DNA from: Octopus sinensis
Taxonomy: Eukaryota
DNA: 64,000 bases
Assembly (NCBI RefSeq): GCF_006345805.1
Contig: NC_043004.1
Location: forward strand, 47,244,001 to 47,308,000
Direction of reading: 5' to 3'
Shown here one piece after another: positions 47,893 to 61,534 of the stretch (the first letter of the stretch is position 1; every line of letters starts with the position of its first letter). The notes beneath the pieces were generated by a model. It did no database searches and was not told the origin of the DNA. It saw only the letters and a program-made list of their open reading frames with translations. Position numbers and translations under genes: made by a program.

Positions 47893-48145
47893 CACACATG
47901 TGCATACGTATACATATTAAAACACACACACACACATTTTTTTTCACAGGCACACACATATATAGCGTACTTTAAGTGAACGACATAATAACAGTACTAG
48001 GGACGCTTATTAACTCAGCTTTAAACTTGTATACTCCGATATCATCTGGTTATTTCGTATATTTGCATGGTTAAGCTGAATCGTGGAACTAGCGCCAAAA
48101 GTTTCTAAGTATAACATTAAACAAATTATTGATATTACGATGTTT

Positions 48146-48279
48146 TCGTTCGTACATTCGTTTCAATAACATTATGCAATCATGAGCACATTTCATCAGA
48201 AAATATATATCGATTAACTTTTGCTGATGAAATGCTTTTATGATTGCATAAAATAACTGAAACGATGTACGAATGACGA
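48146..48279. repeat. Diverged ~58-bp inverted repeat, each arm hammerhead-like
   Basis: Right arm (+) CUGAUGA-28 nt-GAAAC-GAU-GUA; left arm (-) CUGAUGA-28 nt-GAAAC-GAAU-GUA; spacer begins TATATATCG. Confidence 0.7.
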
Positions 48280-48974
48280 CTTCAAAAAATCAATAATATA
48301 TTTTTTTGTTATTCTGTCAATTATATATACATAAAAATATATAGGCACGTTTGTAGGTATTTGTGCAGGCATGTAATAATAAATATGCGTGTGTGTGTGT
48401 CCATTTGTGTGTGTACGGGCGAGTGTGTGTCCGTTTGTGTGTGTTCGTGTGTGTGTGTGTGTTCTGTCAGTATGTTTATGTGTCTGTCAGTTTGTTTATG
48501 TTTACAGGTATGGTAAATGATTTGTATCATAATTATGCGAAATAGAGCTTCAGAAATTATTCCTTGTAACTTGATTTTCTTGATCAAAGGATTCAGAACC
48601 TGCTCTACAATCTGAAAAACAAAACAACAATGTTTGTTCTTGCATACACAAATATGTTAAAATTAAAATAAAGCATTAAATATGTGGTGCTTTTATAAAA
48701 AATTGCCTGGAGAAAGGAACTTGTTATAATACCTTGTTTTGTTAAAAAAATAGCATTAAGTAAAATAACAGGATCTCCTAAGTGTATATAAACATGAGAA
48801 GCTGTATAATATGTTGCGTGTGGGGTACATTTATTTATGATAAATTTATAAGTAACGTTTTATTGCCACTAATTTCTGTATTCAAATAGCAATTATAACT
48901 TTATTCATATTTGTTGGAAGATTCCTACTTCAATTTAAGCATCATCAAATTAAGTATGGGGTCCAAGTTTATTA

Positions 48975-50640
48975 GATGAAGAAGCTAAAAGGGATTCTTG
49001 AAAGGATAGCACAACAGCTAGATAAGTGCTTACAGGAAGGTGCAGTACCCAGCTGGATAACAAAGGGAAAGGCATTGTTATGTGACAAGGATCCTGAAAG
49101 GGGAAATGTTTCATCCAAATTTAGACCGATAATATGGAAACTAATGCCAGGTGCTTTGGCCGGTGGACTGTATAGATACTTGGAAAAAGGTGGGATTCTA
49201 CCTATTGAACTGTAAGGATATCGAATCAGGAGCCGGGCGGAATGAAGGATCATCTCTTAACTGATAGTCTGAATATGGAGAAAAGCATGAGAAGACACAC
49301 AAACCTGAACATGGCATAGAGTGACTATCGTAAAACATACGATATGATAGCACACTCCTGGATAATAAGACCAATGGAAATGCATGGAATAGCAGAAAAT
49401 ATGAGAAGCCTTATATGGAATAGCATGAAGTGCCGGGGAACTGAATTGACAGCAGAGAATGAAGTATTAAGAGAGGTGAAAATCTAAAAATACGTTGTTG
49501 GAACCGAAGTTGGAATCAAACACATCGACATCAAGGAATGTCAGAAACGGTACCAAATGTCAGAAAATATAGGATGTGGATAGGAAGTCAAGAAAGCTCC
49601 TTACGATGCATGGAACCCATAATCCACGTGCAGACACTGATTGCCGATACATGAAGAAAGCAAATGGAGGAATAGGACTGATAAGTATGGGAGACTATAT
49701 GCGTATTGAACACGAGAGCTTAATAAGAAACCTAACCCAAAGTAAGGAGATATTTGCTAGAGGCACTTAAGAATGAGGGAGTGTGGAAACCAGAGAAAAA
49801 GGAGGAAAAACAAAGGAAGAAGTACGAAAAGGATACGAAGAAGAATTACGCAACAAGGGACTACACAAGCAAAAAAATAGTCGGGATTCGTTGATGAAAG
49901 GAACAAGACAAAAGAGACCGAGAGCACTAGACTGGCCACACAAGACCAAGCTTTGGCCCCGAACTGGACGGTCAAACCTAGGAATGAGCAAGTGTCTCCG
50001 CTGTGCTTCATCTGCAATAGAGTGGATGAAACCATTCTCCTTATCAGGAATGAGTGCCCTAAATTGCCCATGACCACCACATGCTATGGTGACATGATCA
50101 GGTACAGAAAGTAATACGTTAGAAACTGCGCGAGGATTGAGGATAGAGAGAGGAAAGACGGGTCAAGTGATCAAACCGCAAAGGGTAGCGGAGCCGGAAA
50201 AGAGCAAAATTCACTGGGATTTCCCAATCAGGATAGATCAGGTGCAACAGCATAACAGATAGGACCTGGTAGTTGTGCACAACACATGCTATATAGTTGA
50301 TGTTGTGTGCCCCTTTGACCCATCAACAATCATAAAGGAAGGCGAAAAAATAGTACGAAATAGCCCGACTGAGGAAAATGTAAAACAGGTGAAGATTGCT
50401 AACCATAGTTGAATCCTGAGGAACAGTATCAGAATGCATCAAGGGGAATATAAGGGAAATTATAATTGAGTGCCAGTAGAACTGTTACAAAACGCGTGTC
50501 TCTTTAGCACGGCCAGAATAATCAAGAAAGCATTAGAAAGCGGAAAAGAACGGATAGAATGGTACCGTAGGCTGCCGGTAGCAATCCCGCTACGCCTGCA
50601 AGACTCCAGAAGCTCAAACAAATCCTGGAGCAAAGGGAAA
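48975..50640 (+). mobile_element. Decayed R4/Dong-like non-LTR retrotransposon (RT to 3' end) followed by (TAA)n
   Basis: VPSWITKGKALLCDKDP..FRPI; DYRKTYD..HSWI; DRKSRKLLTM..GGIGL; VELLQNACL..TARIIKK C-terminus. Internally deleted. Confidence 0.85.
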
Positions 50641-50655
50641 TAATAATAATAATAA

Positions 50656-50710
<55 letters not shown>

Positions 50711-50774
50711 TATTACAACAACAACAACAACAACAACAACAATAATAATATAGCTGCTGCTGCTGGTGATGAAA

Positions 50775-50805
<31 letters not shown>

Positions 50806-51200
50806 CGATGATGATGATGATGAGGAGGAGGAGGTGGATGACTTCGAAGTTTGGCAAAAAAGCAAACAAATTCGGATGTGGGGAATGAAATGCAAAGTCG
50901 ACCCCAGGGCAACTGAGTTTGCTTTTTATCATTTAATGATGATGATAATAATAATAAGAAGAAGAAGAAGAAGAAGAAGAAGGAAAAGAAGAAGGAGAAG
51001 GCGAAGAAGAATAAGAATAAGAAGGAGGTGGAGAAGGAGAAGTAGTAGTTGAAGAAGAAGAAACAGAAGAAGAAAAAGAAGAAGAACAAAAAAGAAAAAG
51101 AAGCAGAAGAAGAAGAAGAAGAAGAAGAAGAAGAAGAAGAAGAAGAAGAAGAAGAAGAAGAAGAAGAAGAAGAAGAAGAAGAAGAAGAAGAAGAAAGCGA
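50641..51200. repeat. Compound trinucleotide microsatellite (TAA/CAA/TGC/TGA/GGA, then TGA/TAA/GAA)
   Basis: Directly visible. A short SINE scrap (CAAAGTCGACCCCAG) lies at ~50890-50925. Confidence 0.95.
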
Positions 51201-51689
51201 CGACGAAAACGACGACTGTTAGGGTAACTGGTTGTTGAATGACAAATCATTTAGCAGAGGTGAGAGACTCTAAGCTTATGGTTGTGCATTAGTCAGGGCA
51301 GGAGATTCGGTAGTATTATAACAGTTGGAATTAGAACATCGAATATAACTGTGGAAGCCTATTCATTCTCAAACGTATACAATTCGATATTAGGTTACAG
51401 GAATAGTAAGGTTTAAAGTGTAGACTTCTTTTCTTGTATTATGGCGTTGGTTGCTTAATGCTACTTAAAATTAGGTAAAGTTCTGTGCATAGAGATTTTT
51501 TAATGGTTGGTGAATCAGGCTGGCTTACTTGTGCTATACAATGAATAAAGACGAAGAAAAGGTATGTGACATATCCTTCATTATAATAAAACGGAAATTC
51601 TTTGATACATAATGTAACATATTTTCCAATAGATAGAAGGAAATTATATTGCGCATATAGATGAATCAGATGGTCGAAAAACATTTAAT

Positions 51690-51870
51690 AATAGTATTAG
51701 GTCCGTTCTCAGGCATAGATTTTGCAACCGTGCCAAAATCCATAAAATTAATAAATGGGTCAGGATTTCAATGCAATATGTGATGCCATCACGTCTACCG
51801 CCTCATAATCTATGCTTTCTAGCATCTCTGGAGTCAAGAAGTAATACTGCGGCAATTTTCAACTTTATCA
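51690..51870 (-). mobile_element. Possible Polinton/Maverick polB-region remnant
   Basis: Minus translation includes YEAVD...FYGFWHGCK, resembling the (Y)EF.GC.WHGC motif. Short and stop-ridden. Confidence 0.3.
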
Positions 51871-52046
51871 TTGCTGGCATAAAACTCAATCATATTATGT
51901 TATATTATTTCTGTGTGCAGAGGAATGCATATTGACAATTTATTGGAGGAGGAGTTATTAATCAAAAACGCCGGCGTCATGATCTTTTAACTTTCCGTAC
52001 AAATGTGTCATCACACCATATGTATGTATGTATGTATGTATGTGTG

Positions 52047-52148
<102 letters not shown>

Positions 52149-52186
52149 ATATATGTATGTGTATATATATATATATATTATATATA

Positions 52187-52243
<57 letters not shown>

Positions 52244-52578
52244 GCATGCGTGTAGTAGTTGGCAACATACAAATGGATGTCCTATAAGAATAAGTGTGTT
52301 TGCCTTCGTATCTGTGTCTGTGTATATGTATATGTATGTGTGTGTGTGCAGGCGTGCGTATACACGTGTATGTGTGTGTGTTTGCGTGTCAAGTACATGT
52401 ACTAGTCGCGAATTACGTGCTAAATAGCAATATTTCCGTCCTTAAATATATAAGCTTGTGCAGTGTGTAATCTTTGACTTCGTATATACATATCTACATA
52501 TATACATACACACACACGCACACACATATATATATATATATTTGTATGTATATATATACATATACATACATGCATATA

Positions 52579-52631
<53 letters not shown>

Positions 52632-53467
52632 ATATACATATATAGATATAGATATATGCATATGCATATATGTATACTTATTTATATATATATATGTGTG
52701 TGTGTGTGCATTTCTGTGTGCATTTCTGTGTGTCAATCTGTGTGTATGTGTCCCGCAAAAATGTAAAATAATTAATAACATTATGAGGGTAGGTTATCTA
52801 CATCAGTTATATATCCAAAATGTTTTAGAGTGATTCAAGCGTTATAACAGATTTCAAAGTGGTATAGCAAATTCCAGAACGTAACCTTATTCCTTATAAA
52901 TGAGATATTGTAAATATGAATATAAATATCTATATGAAGTCTTCGTTGCTACCGATTCTGCATGTGAAATGCTTATTCCGACTTTTCATTTGATGATATG
53001 GAAAGTGCTAGTAATCACGTACTGATAGCTATTTTCATATATGTTGAAACAATACTACGCAAGCTATTCGAAACATGGAAACTTAGAAATTCCCATTTGT
53101 GTTCGTTACAAAGTATTTCCTTTCTGGTGCGTGGCTTGTAATGTTATACCACTATAGTTATATAGCTATAATAATCGTTGAGATCTGCACACACCTCAGT
53201 GAGTTCTACATAAAAGTAGACACGTGTTCCAGAGAAAGCCATCTTAATTCGTACATACATGGAGGAAAACTAGTTTTGCATGATATAATGTTGGATTGTT
53301 CTTCAAATTTGATTCATCTTTATACTCTATTCATCAGTCATAGTTTTGAAACAGGTTTTCCCTCTCGTGTGTAGGAATTAAGACGCCTCTCTCTGGAACA
53401 CGTTGATATTTTTACATAGAATGCACCATTTTGAGTGCAAACGTTGGTACACACACACACACACAGG

Positions 53468-53501
<34 letters not shown>

Positions 53502-53719
53502 GGACATACTAAATCAGTCTACCTGCTGGAAATAACAATCAAAACTATTATCTAAATCGCAAAATAACACTGATAATAACTACGGAAATGAATCGTCCGA
53601 AGACAAACGGGCTAAGGAAATCTCCCAGGATAAATGCAAGTATTCGGACTGATTTATGTACTGGCATAGTAGCCTCAGCTTCCTCAGCACGCGTTACCAT
53701 ATATGCATATATATATATA

Positions 53720-53738
53720 TAGATAGATAGATATAAAT

Positions 53739-53799
<61 letters not shown>

Positions 53800-53847
53800 A
53801 AGACAGAAAGACAGACGGATGGACAGACAGACAGACATATAGATAGA

Positions 53848-53886
<39 letters not shown>

Positions 53887-53901
53887 TCGGACGGACGGAC
53901 G

Positions 53902-53941
<40 letters not shown>

Positions 53942-53956
53942 GTCAGACAGACGGAC

Positions 53957-53989
<33 letters not shown>

Positions 53990-54032
53990 TATAGATAGAT
54001 AGATAGATAGATAGATAGATCGATAGATAGAT
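53720..54032. repeat. (GATA)n/(GACA)n/(GGAC)n compound microsatellite
   Basis: Directly visible. Confidence 0.95.
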
Positions 54033-54938
54033 AGGATAACACTTAGCTGGAAGCGGACGCATGGCTTTCAATCATATAATAGTATAAATAATATATATAT
54101 GCATATAAACACACGTATATGTAATAGCGTTTCCTCTCTAGAGTGTAGCAAATTTTTCGAATGATTTGAAAGCTTTGGAACGTTTATTAGAAAGAAAGGG
54201 AGGCAGGTTTAGAAAACCAAAAGTTGTTGTTGAATAGAGCTACAAAAAATGACCCATAAAAGTCAACATCAAAATATTCTTGGAGTCAATTCAAATAATA
54301 CTGGGAAGAAACGGACGATTATATCCGAATCTAAGAACTAGGAAACAGGCCGAGCTACCGAAGAATAGGCTTGTAATAGATGCTGTTTTGAATGGCAACT
54401 GACTGATTATGCGAGGGATTAATCAAACTATGGGCTAGTTAATTGGACAAATTGGTAATTTGGTAACTAGTTAAATAGTAATAAGTGAAGCAAAAAAATA
54501 GACGAATTCGTGTGTTTTAGTAGCAAGCTGAAGTTTTAAAGATACAGAAAAAATCTATTGAATTACAGTATTTCGCTGAAGTTTTAAAACCAAAGTCAAA
54601 ATCGAAATATATATAAATACTTAAGTACTAATATATTCATGTGTGTGTTTCTCTCATAATGAATATGCGTGTGTGTTTCTCTCATAATGAATATGCGTAT
54701 GTGTTTGTGTGTGTATGTATATGTTTTCGTGCGTACGCGTATGTCTTTTTGCTGTGTTCGTGTGCTAATTGGCGTGTGTATATGCATATATATGTGAACG
54801 CGTGAGTCATTTTGCTGAATGTTATCAGGAATATATGAATATATGTTATTATAATTCCATTTTTAGTCCTGACGTGCGGCCACGTTTCAGATATTAGTAC
54901 ATTAAGTGAACAGTATTTGTGTTTGTGAATAATTAGCT

Positions 54939-55337
54939 ACATGGTTCCGGCTTCAGTCCCACTGCGTGGCAACTTGGGCAAGTGTCTTCTACTATAGCCT
55001 TGGGCCGACCAAAGCCTTGTGAGTGGATTTGGTAGACGGAAACTGAAAGACACCCATCGTATATATGTATATATGTATATATATATATATATATGTGTGG
55101 GGGTGTTTGTGTGTGTGTGTGTATATATTTGTGTGTCTGTGTTTGTCCACCCAATATCGCTTGACAACCGATGCTGGTGTGTTTACGTCACCGTAACTTA
55201 GCGGTTCGGTAAAGGAGACCGATAGAATAAGTACTAGGCTTACAAAGAATAAGTCCTGGGGTGGATTTGCTCGACTAGAGGCGGTGCTCCAGCATGGTCA
55301 CAGTCAAATTACTGAAACAAGCAAAAGAGCAAAAGAG
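54939..55337 (+). mobile_element. 5'-truncated 46756-type SINE
   Basis: Colinear with 46756-47146 from ACATGGTTCCGG to AAAAGAG. Confidence 0.9.
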
Positions 55338-55789
55338 TACTTTATGTAACCTACCACTGGTTCAATCATTTATATATACTAGGCAAATGTAATCTAGTAT
55401 TTTCCGTTATTTTATGTACTAGTCACCATATAACATGTCGAATAATGTATCGTTCATAATCGCCTAGTATACATTGGAATATTGGTGTGGCTAAGACGCA
55501 TACTTCATAACTACTGTGTGATAACTTCACCAAGTTTCTTCTATTATGGGCCAACCAATACCGTCTCAGGGAATTTAGTGTATGTGCGTATATGCGTATG
55601 TGTATGTGCGTCATTTTAAACTATTGTAAATTTCTACTAAATGTCAACTTATAAATGGATGATTCTATTTGCGTTTTTTACAGATAAAACATTGGCACTG
55701 TTGAAGACATTCCCGTATCGAATCATTATATTTTGTTGTAGGGGTGGGTTCTGAATGAGAAGGGAAGATGTGAAACGACAACCAAAAAT

Positions 55790-56340
55790 GGCCGTGCAAA
55801 ATTTTCGGCCACCCCACATAAACCAACTTTATAAAGTGTCTATAATGAAAATTTATTACATAATGGTCATTTGAAGAAGTCACTGTATATTGTTTACTAT
55901 TTCATGTGGTTCTCCTTAACTTGAATAATTGCTTCAATGCGCCTGGGAAGAGATGCATACAAATCCTTCAATATTTTCACAGGTATGAGTTGCTATTCTC
56001 TGTGGCTGATCTCGCACAACACTTCAAAATTGCATCAATTCCTCTGTCGAACTCTTCTCTTTAGTTCTGTCCACATTTACTCGATAATAAGTCAGGGCTC
56101 TGAGCTGACTAATCTCTCGGTAATACCTTCATCAGCCAGACTCTGTTGTGTTGCACGAATTTCTGTGGCATGGAGCGCCATCATGCGGTAGTATCTCACG
56201 TTCATCCAAGTCTGGTGCCAAATTGTCCTACAACACTGGATATATTTAGCACTACTCAAGTTACCATCAATTTTAATCCACTTTCTTGACTCCTCATTTT
56301 TATATATCCCCAAACTAGTAGACTCTTACCCCCAAACTTC
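55790..56340 (-). mobile_element. Decayed Tc1-type (DDxE) transposase 3' part with terminus
   Basis: IDGNLSSAKYI; HDGAPCHR; SPD-like then IIE*MWTELK; LYASLPRRIEAII; terminus-like GCCGAAAATTTTGCACGGCCA. Confidence 0.75.
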
Positions 56341-56550
56341 ACTGCTTTCGTGGTGTAACATGGGTCATTTTGTTTTCTGATAAGCGAGAATTTGTTAGAA
56401 AGCCGCTAGTCATCGATTTTTGGCGCCCACACACATATACATCTATGTACGTGCGTGTGTGCGTGTGTTTGTATGTGTGTATGTATATATGCATGTATCA
56501 ATCTATCTAGACACACTCACACATGGACACATACACATATATACATATAT

Positions 56551-56584
<34 letters not shown>

Positions 56585-57555
56585 CCAGAGAGAAAGAGAG
56601 AGGCTGACACACAGACTGGCAAATGTACTCATGCTTACAATACTCAATACTATGGACATTTCTATTGAAGACTTCAATGAAATCAAGAAGGCCAAACAGG
56701 AGTAGTTGAAACTAGTAGTAGTGCATGAATATATGATTATTAGAAGGCAAATCAAAGATTTGCAGTCTAGTGTTTTACATCTAAGTTTGCGGAAAAGAAT
56801 CTGAAGAATGAAACAGAAAAGTTTGAGAGCAATAGTCTAGAAATGAAAAGAAAAAATTATCTCATATCAGTTGTATACAATTACCATCTTCAATTCTTGG
56901 TATCTTCTACATCTTATACTATGTAGTCCTAACTCCGCCATCATTTCAGTTTGTTGAAGACACTGAAGGCTTTCTATAACTTTAGGGTTTGAAGAGTAGG
57001 TTTGATGGCTAACTCATTCATGAACGAATTGATTAATTGATTAATTGAACATAGAAAACAATACACAACGAGAATATATTTCCTCTAGGCATAGAAATCG
57101 ATCGTAACCTTGAATAAAGCTTTGTAGCAACATTGTCTTCAATGTTTCGTCTAATTGCTTTTATCTCCTGCGACAAATGCACCAACAAAATGATTGGTAA
57201 ATATCCGTTTGTGATTTAACCTGTAGGAATTGCTATCTTCTTTACTTGAATTTCTGCCAATCAGATTCTTATATGGAGTACTGATCTACGTATTCACTTA
57301 GAATTATTCAGACCCTACGTATGTGTTATCCCACACAGGCACGCACGCACACAACACACATACACAAAGATCTACAAACAAACACACATGCTTGTATGTG
57401 AATATATATTTATTACGTATCATATTAAATTATTATAAGAATATAATATAAAACAGTATTATCAATAATAATAAAGGATAAAATTAATTAATTAATTAAT
57501 AATTAATAATTTCACCAAGTAGTTCGGTATCTTAAAAGAACTATTATCGGTAACC

Positions 57556-57966
57556 TTATACAAAATTTCTATTATTATAAGCATAATTATAATTAGGGTT
57601 CAGCAAAAATTGCTTCACCACAAACCGAAATTTATAAATAGCACTTAAATACTATTCTACTAAAATAAGATATCTCCCAGATAGTAATACTCTCAAATTT
57701 AAAATTGAAATACTATACTGACGATGGGAATGAGTAAAAATATGAATTTTACATCTCTTTAACACAGAAACGCGTATATAGTTAATCAAAGCCGTGTGGA
57801 TTCGTTATGTGTTCTCTTGCGTGAGTTGAGAGAATTACCCTCCGAGAGATATCTTATGGTAGTGGAATAGTATTTAACTGCTATTTATAAATGTTGGTAT
57901 GTGGTGAAGCAATTTTTGCTGAACCCTAAATATAATTATGCTTATAATTATAGAAATTTTGTATAA
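57556..57966. mobile_element. MITE-like foldback with ~120-140-bp diverged arms
   Basis: TTATACAAAATTTCTA..ATAAGCATAATTATA.TTAGGGTTCAGCAAAAATTGCTTCACCACA is inverted at 57900-57966; inner matches reach GATATCTC. Confidence 0.85.
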
Positions 57967-58151
57967 AATAGTATTATGTTAAGAAATTGTAACTTTTAAA
58001 TTGACAATTGTATATCTCCATTTTCTATTGAATTAAATTGCATATATCCCTGTCTGATTTGTGAGGTTTTTCTCTACAAAATTGTGCATTTAACAGCGGT
58101 GCCAGTAGCGGATTGGATATTTTCTTCCCTATTTTCATTTCATATATATAT

Positions 58152-58236
<85 letters not shown>

Positions 58237-58261
58237 TGTGTGTGTATTTATATATATATAT

Positions 58262-58430
58262 AGTTGAAATTTACCGAAAAACAAAAGACGTATACAGGTA
58301 TACAAACAACATGCGGTGTATTAGTTTGGCGTTCGGGAAGGTAGGAAAGACTTTTACGTTTCGAGCCTACGTGCTTCAGCAGAAAAGAACATTATGAAAT
58401 AAACAGAGAGAGAATAAAGAAAACTTTTGG
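58262..58430 (-). mobile_element. PLE 3'-end fragment with degenerate hammerhead-like motif
   Basis: GTAGGCTCGAAACGTAAAAG core half as in 39269. The 3' end abuts (TA)n at 58261. Confidence 0.7.
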
Positions 58431-58629
58431 AGTTAGCGGTCAAAGACAACATAGAAATTACTATAGTAATTTTATCATGAACAGCATTTTAGTATCAGCT
58501 TCAGTCGTTGCGACTTTTTCAACTGAGAGTAAAGCAGGAAAACGAATTAAATTGTGGGAAAATTCAATGAAATCTTTTTTTACAATACTGTCGTAGTTTT
58601 CAAATAGGTGGGAAATTTTCTTTTTTGAT

Positions 58630-58846
58630 AGGCTTTCAAAGTTTCCTACAACTCAACACCAACGAACTCAGACATCCCAAGCTAATGAAGGATTTACAAC
58701 CAAAAGTCCTACCATACAACTCCACAAACAACCTTCTTAATAATGAAGCCTTCGACACCTTCCTTCAGAATATTCCTCTACTAAAAAAGGGACCACAGGA
58801 TGAATCTAATCTTCCAATCGACACCATCATAAACAGCAAAAGATAA
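58630..58846 (+). mobile_element. Small Neptune-like PLE RT-thumb remnant
   Basis: LPYNSTNNLLNNEAFDTFLQNIPLLK..TIINSKR resembles the segment preceding PLE endonucleases (compare 33300-33420). Confidence 0.5.
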
Positions 58847-59040
58847 CACACAGACACACACATATATATATACATATCAAGGGAGGGGAGAGAGACAGGC
58901 AGATAGATGGATTGAAACACAGACAGGTAGACAGAGAGATACACGAATTTATTTATTGGTTGAATGTGTATATGCTCTATTTATATGGGTTTTTTTGAGT
59001 GATGCAATATATTTTCCTCTTACAGTTTTCATTTATATAT

Positions 59041-59099
<59 letters not shown>

Positions 59100-59102
59100 T
59101 GA

Positions 59103-59139
<37 letters not shown>

Positions 59140-59147
59140 ATATAAAA

Positions 59148-59209
<62 letters not shown>

Positions 59210-60444
59210 TGAATATATATAAGAAATACGAGAGTGTGCTTGTGTTTTTAAATGTATATATATATGATCACACACATATGTAAATATATTTACATATATG
59301 TATGCATATATAAACACACACGCATATGATTGCGAGTGTACTAGTATTTAATTTTCTATATCCATGCGCCGGTATTTCTTTAATATATATCATTTTCGCT
59401 TATGTTATCCGCTTTTGAATAGTAATTTTACGTTGTGGAACATCATCCAATTGTATAAACTTGTGCATATTGAATATAAAGAAACTTAATTTACGTAAGT
59501 GTCAAACTTGTACACTTATGTAATTTAGGGTGAGTTCAGTTTATTGTCTCATTGTCTTCAATAATATAAGTTATCGACAGGGATTCATTGTGAGATGCTG
59601 TTGGCTGAAAGCAATTGAAATCAAATTTAGAACACTGGGTGACGTGTTTATGTAATCTACTAAGACGTCCACCGCAAATGTTTGACAGACAACACGAAAC
59701 CCACTGTAAACAAAAATACGGAATTCGTACAGTAATTTGTACAGTCAGATCTATCAATTACATCTGTCTCAGATGATATACAAACACATTTAAAACTAAA
59801 CAGTGGATATTGAATTTCATGCATGATAGGTTATGTTCGCATAATAGATATCATGGACACCACCGACTATTTTCAGGGTTGATCGGTAAAAAAAGAATTG
59901 AAATGCGACGAACTAATCACTTGCACTGACAGAAGCACAAAAGATGAAAGAGAATTTAGTCTCACAACAAGCGAAGTTTGTTCCTAAGATACGCATCAAA
60001 TTATACAGAATCGAGTACTAGATAATAAAATGTATTACAATTGTTGTATCATTTGAAAAATATCTCTTCCCCTGAAGCCAAGCTAATACTTTATGATTCA
60101 AGTCAGCAATTTTGAGGAAAAGTAGGGAGTTGACTGCAACGACACCAATACATGACTGGTAATTTATTTTATTTACCTGAAAGAATGAAGGTAATGTTTG
60201 AAATCGGTGTCCTTTGAACACAAAGCAAATACAGTAAAGAATTTTTGCAGATGCTCTAACAATTTTTCCAACTTTCGGAGGACAGTGGGACTACAAATGC
60301 GCATAGAAAAAGTGCTAACGCATTTATTAAAACTCAAGAACTGTGTTGGCATAAATAGTCTGCGCAGTAACTAGAGATGAGGAAAATCAACAACCATCGG
60401 ATATCAACGGTTTTAATCTACCAGAAAGTATTGAGTATGTACAT

Positions 60445-60760
60445 GGTCCCCCGAATTAACTATTTCAATGAAATTCAGGGCATTTAAGATAAAACAAACT
60501 GACGGAATTTTATGCTTATTACATAATTATGATACCATCACAGATAGATTTAGAAATCATACATAAAAATTTTACTGAAAATTTTCAACATGTATCCCAC
60601 CTTTTTGTCTGCAAATTTCAAAACTGTCCTTAGTGTTAAACATATTTTGAAGCATTTCAGGAGTTATCTCGCGCACTGCCAACTGAATGCTTTCTTAAAG
60701 TTCAAATAAATTATTGCTTTTATCCAGGGGATGGACGTAGAGACAATGATTGCAGCTAAA
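60445..60760 (-). mobile_element. Mariner/Tc1-like 3' end remnant
   Basis: AVREITPEMLQNMF..EICRQKGGIHVE* followed by TIR-like GTTAATTCGGGGGACCATGTA. Confidence 0.5.
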
Positions 60761-61028
60761 TTGAAAAACAAAAAAAAGCTGTCGTGAAGAGATATCCGGG
60801 ATCCAACAGGATTGAATATAAGTTAATGAAGAACAAATATTACAAGATTTACAAAATTATAAACAAAATTTAAAATTTATACACTTTTAATTCATATTAA
60901 ACATGATAGACAGAAATAAGCGTTTTAAAAATTTGTCCGATTTCACTGAAATAGATAGTTAATTCTGAGATACCTTGTATAGACACGTTATTGTTTAGAT
61001 TTTCGTTATCCTGCGTACAGCACAAAGA

Positions 61029-61390
61029 TTATTACCTCCGCCTTAGGTATTGTTTCCGTCGTGTTTGCTTGTTTGTTTGTCCGTGGACAAGTCACCTGAA
61101 GAACCGCTCGATGGATTCGGAAGAAACTTTCATGGAAGTCTGGCCTCGTGATTAGCACGAACTGATTAGATTTTGGTATCGATTCGGTACCGGAGAAGGA
61201 TAATGGATTATTTTTCTTGCTTTTTTACTTCATTTTTGAGAGCGGTCGGCTTCATTTTCAGTATTCTCGTTTGTGAGAGCAGTCGAGTATATTTCATATA
61301 TTCCCATTTTAAAAACCATCTCTCGCTAATCGTTGAGAGGACGTTGGTATTGCCTTGGCGGAGGTTTGTGCTCTCTGATTTCTTTTTTAC
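61029..61390 (+). mobile_element. Non-autonomous Helentron-type (DINE-1/HINE-like) element
   Basis: Starts TTATTACCTCCGCC. The inverted partner CCTTGGCGGAGGT is at 61353-61365, there is a (TTTG)n tract near the 5' end, and a decayed 3' GTGCTCTCTGA stem followed by a T-rich end. Confidence 0.7.
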
Positions 61391-61534
61391 ATTTTGATCT
61401 TTTACTTCAAATTCAATGTCTTTTCATCTTCTTTTGAACAAAAGTTCTCGTAGGCTGAATAGTTTTCTCATTACTACGGATGGCGAATGATTTAAAGCAG
61501 ATACAGTCGTAAAAAAAGTATAATGTATATATTT

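Noticed and set aside
48500-48612. Minus-strand acceptor (GTTTTGTTTTTCAG) with open frame IVEQVLNPLIKK...
   Set aside because: There is no convincing donor and the phase does not join the 45596 exon.
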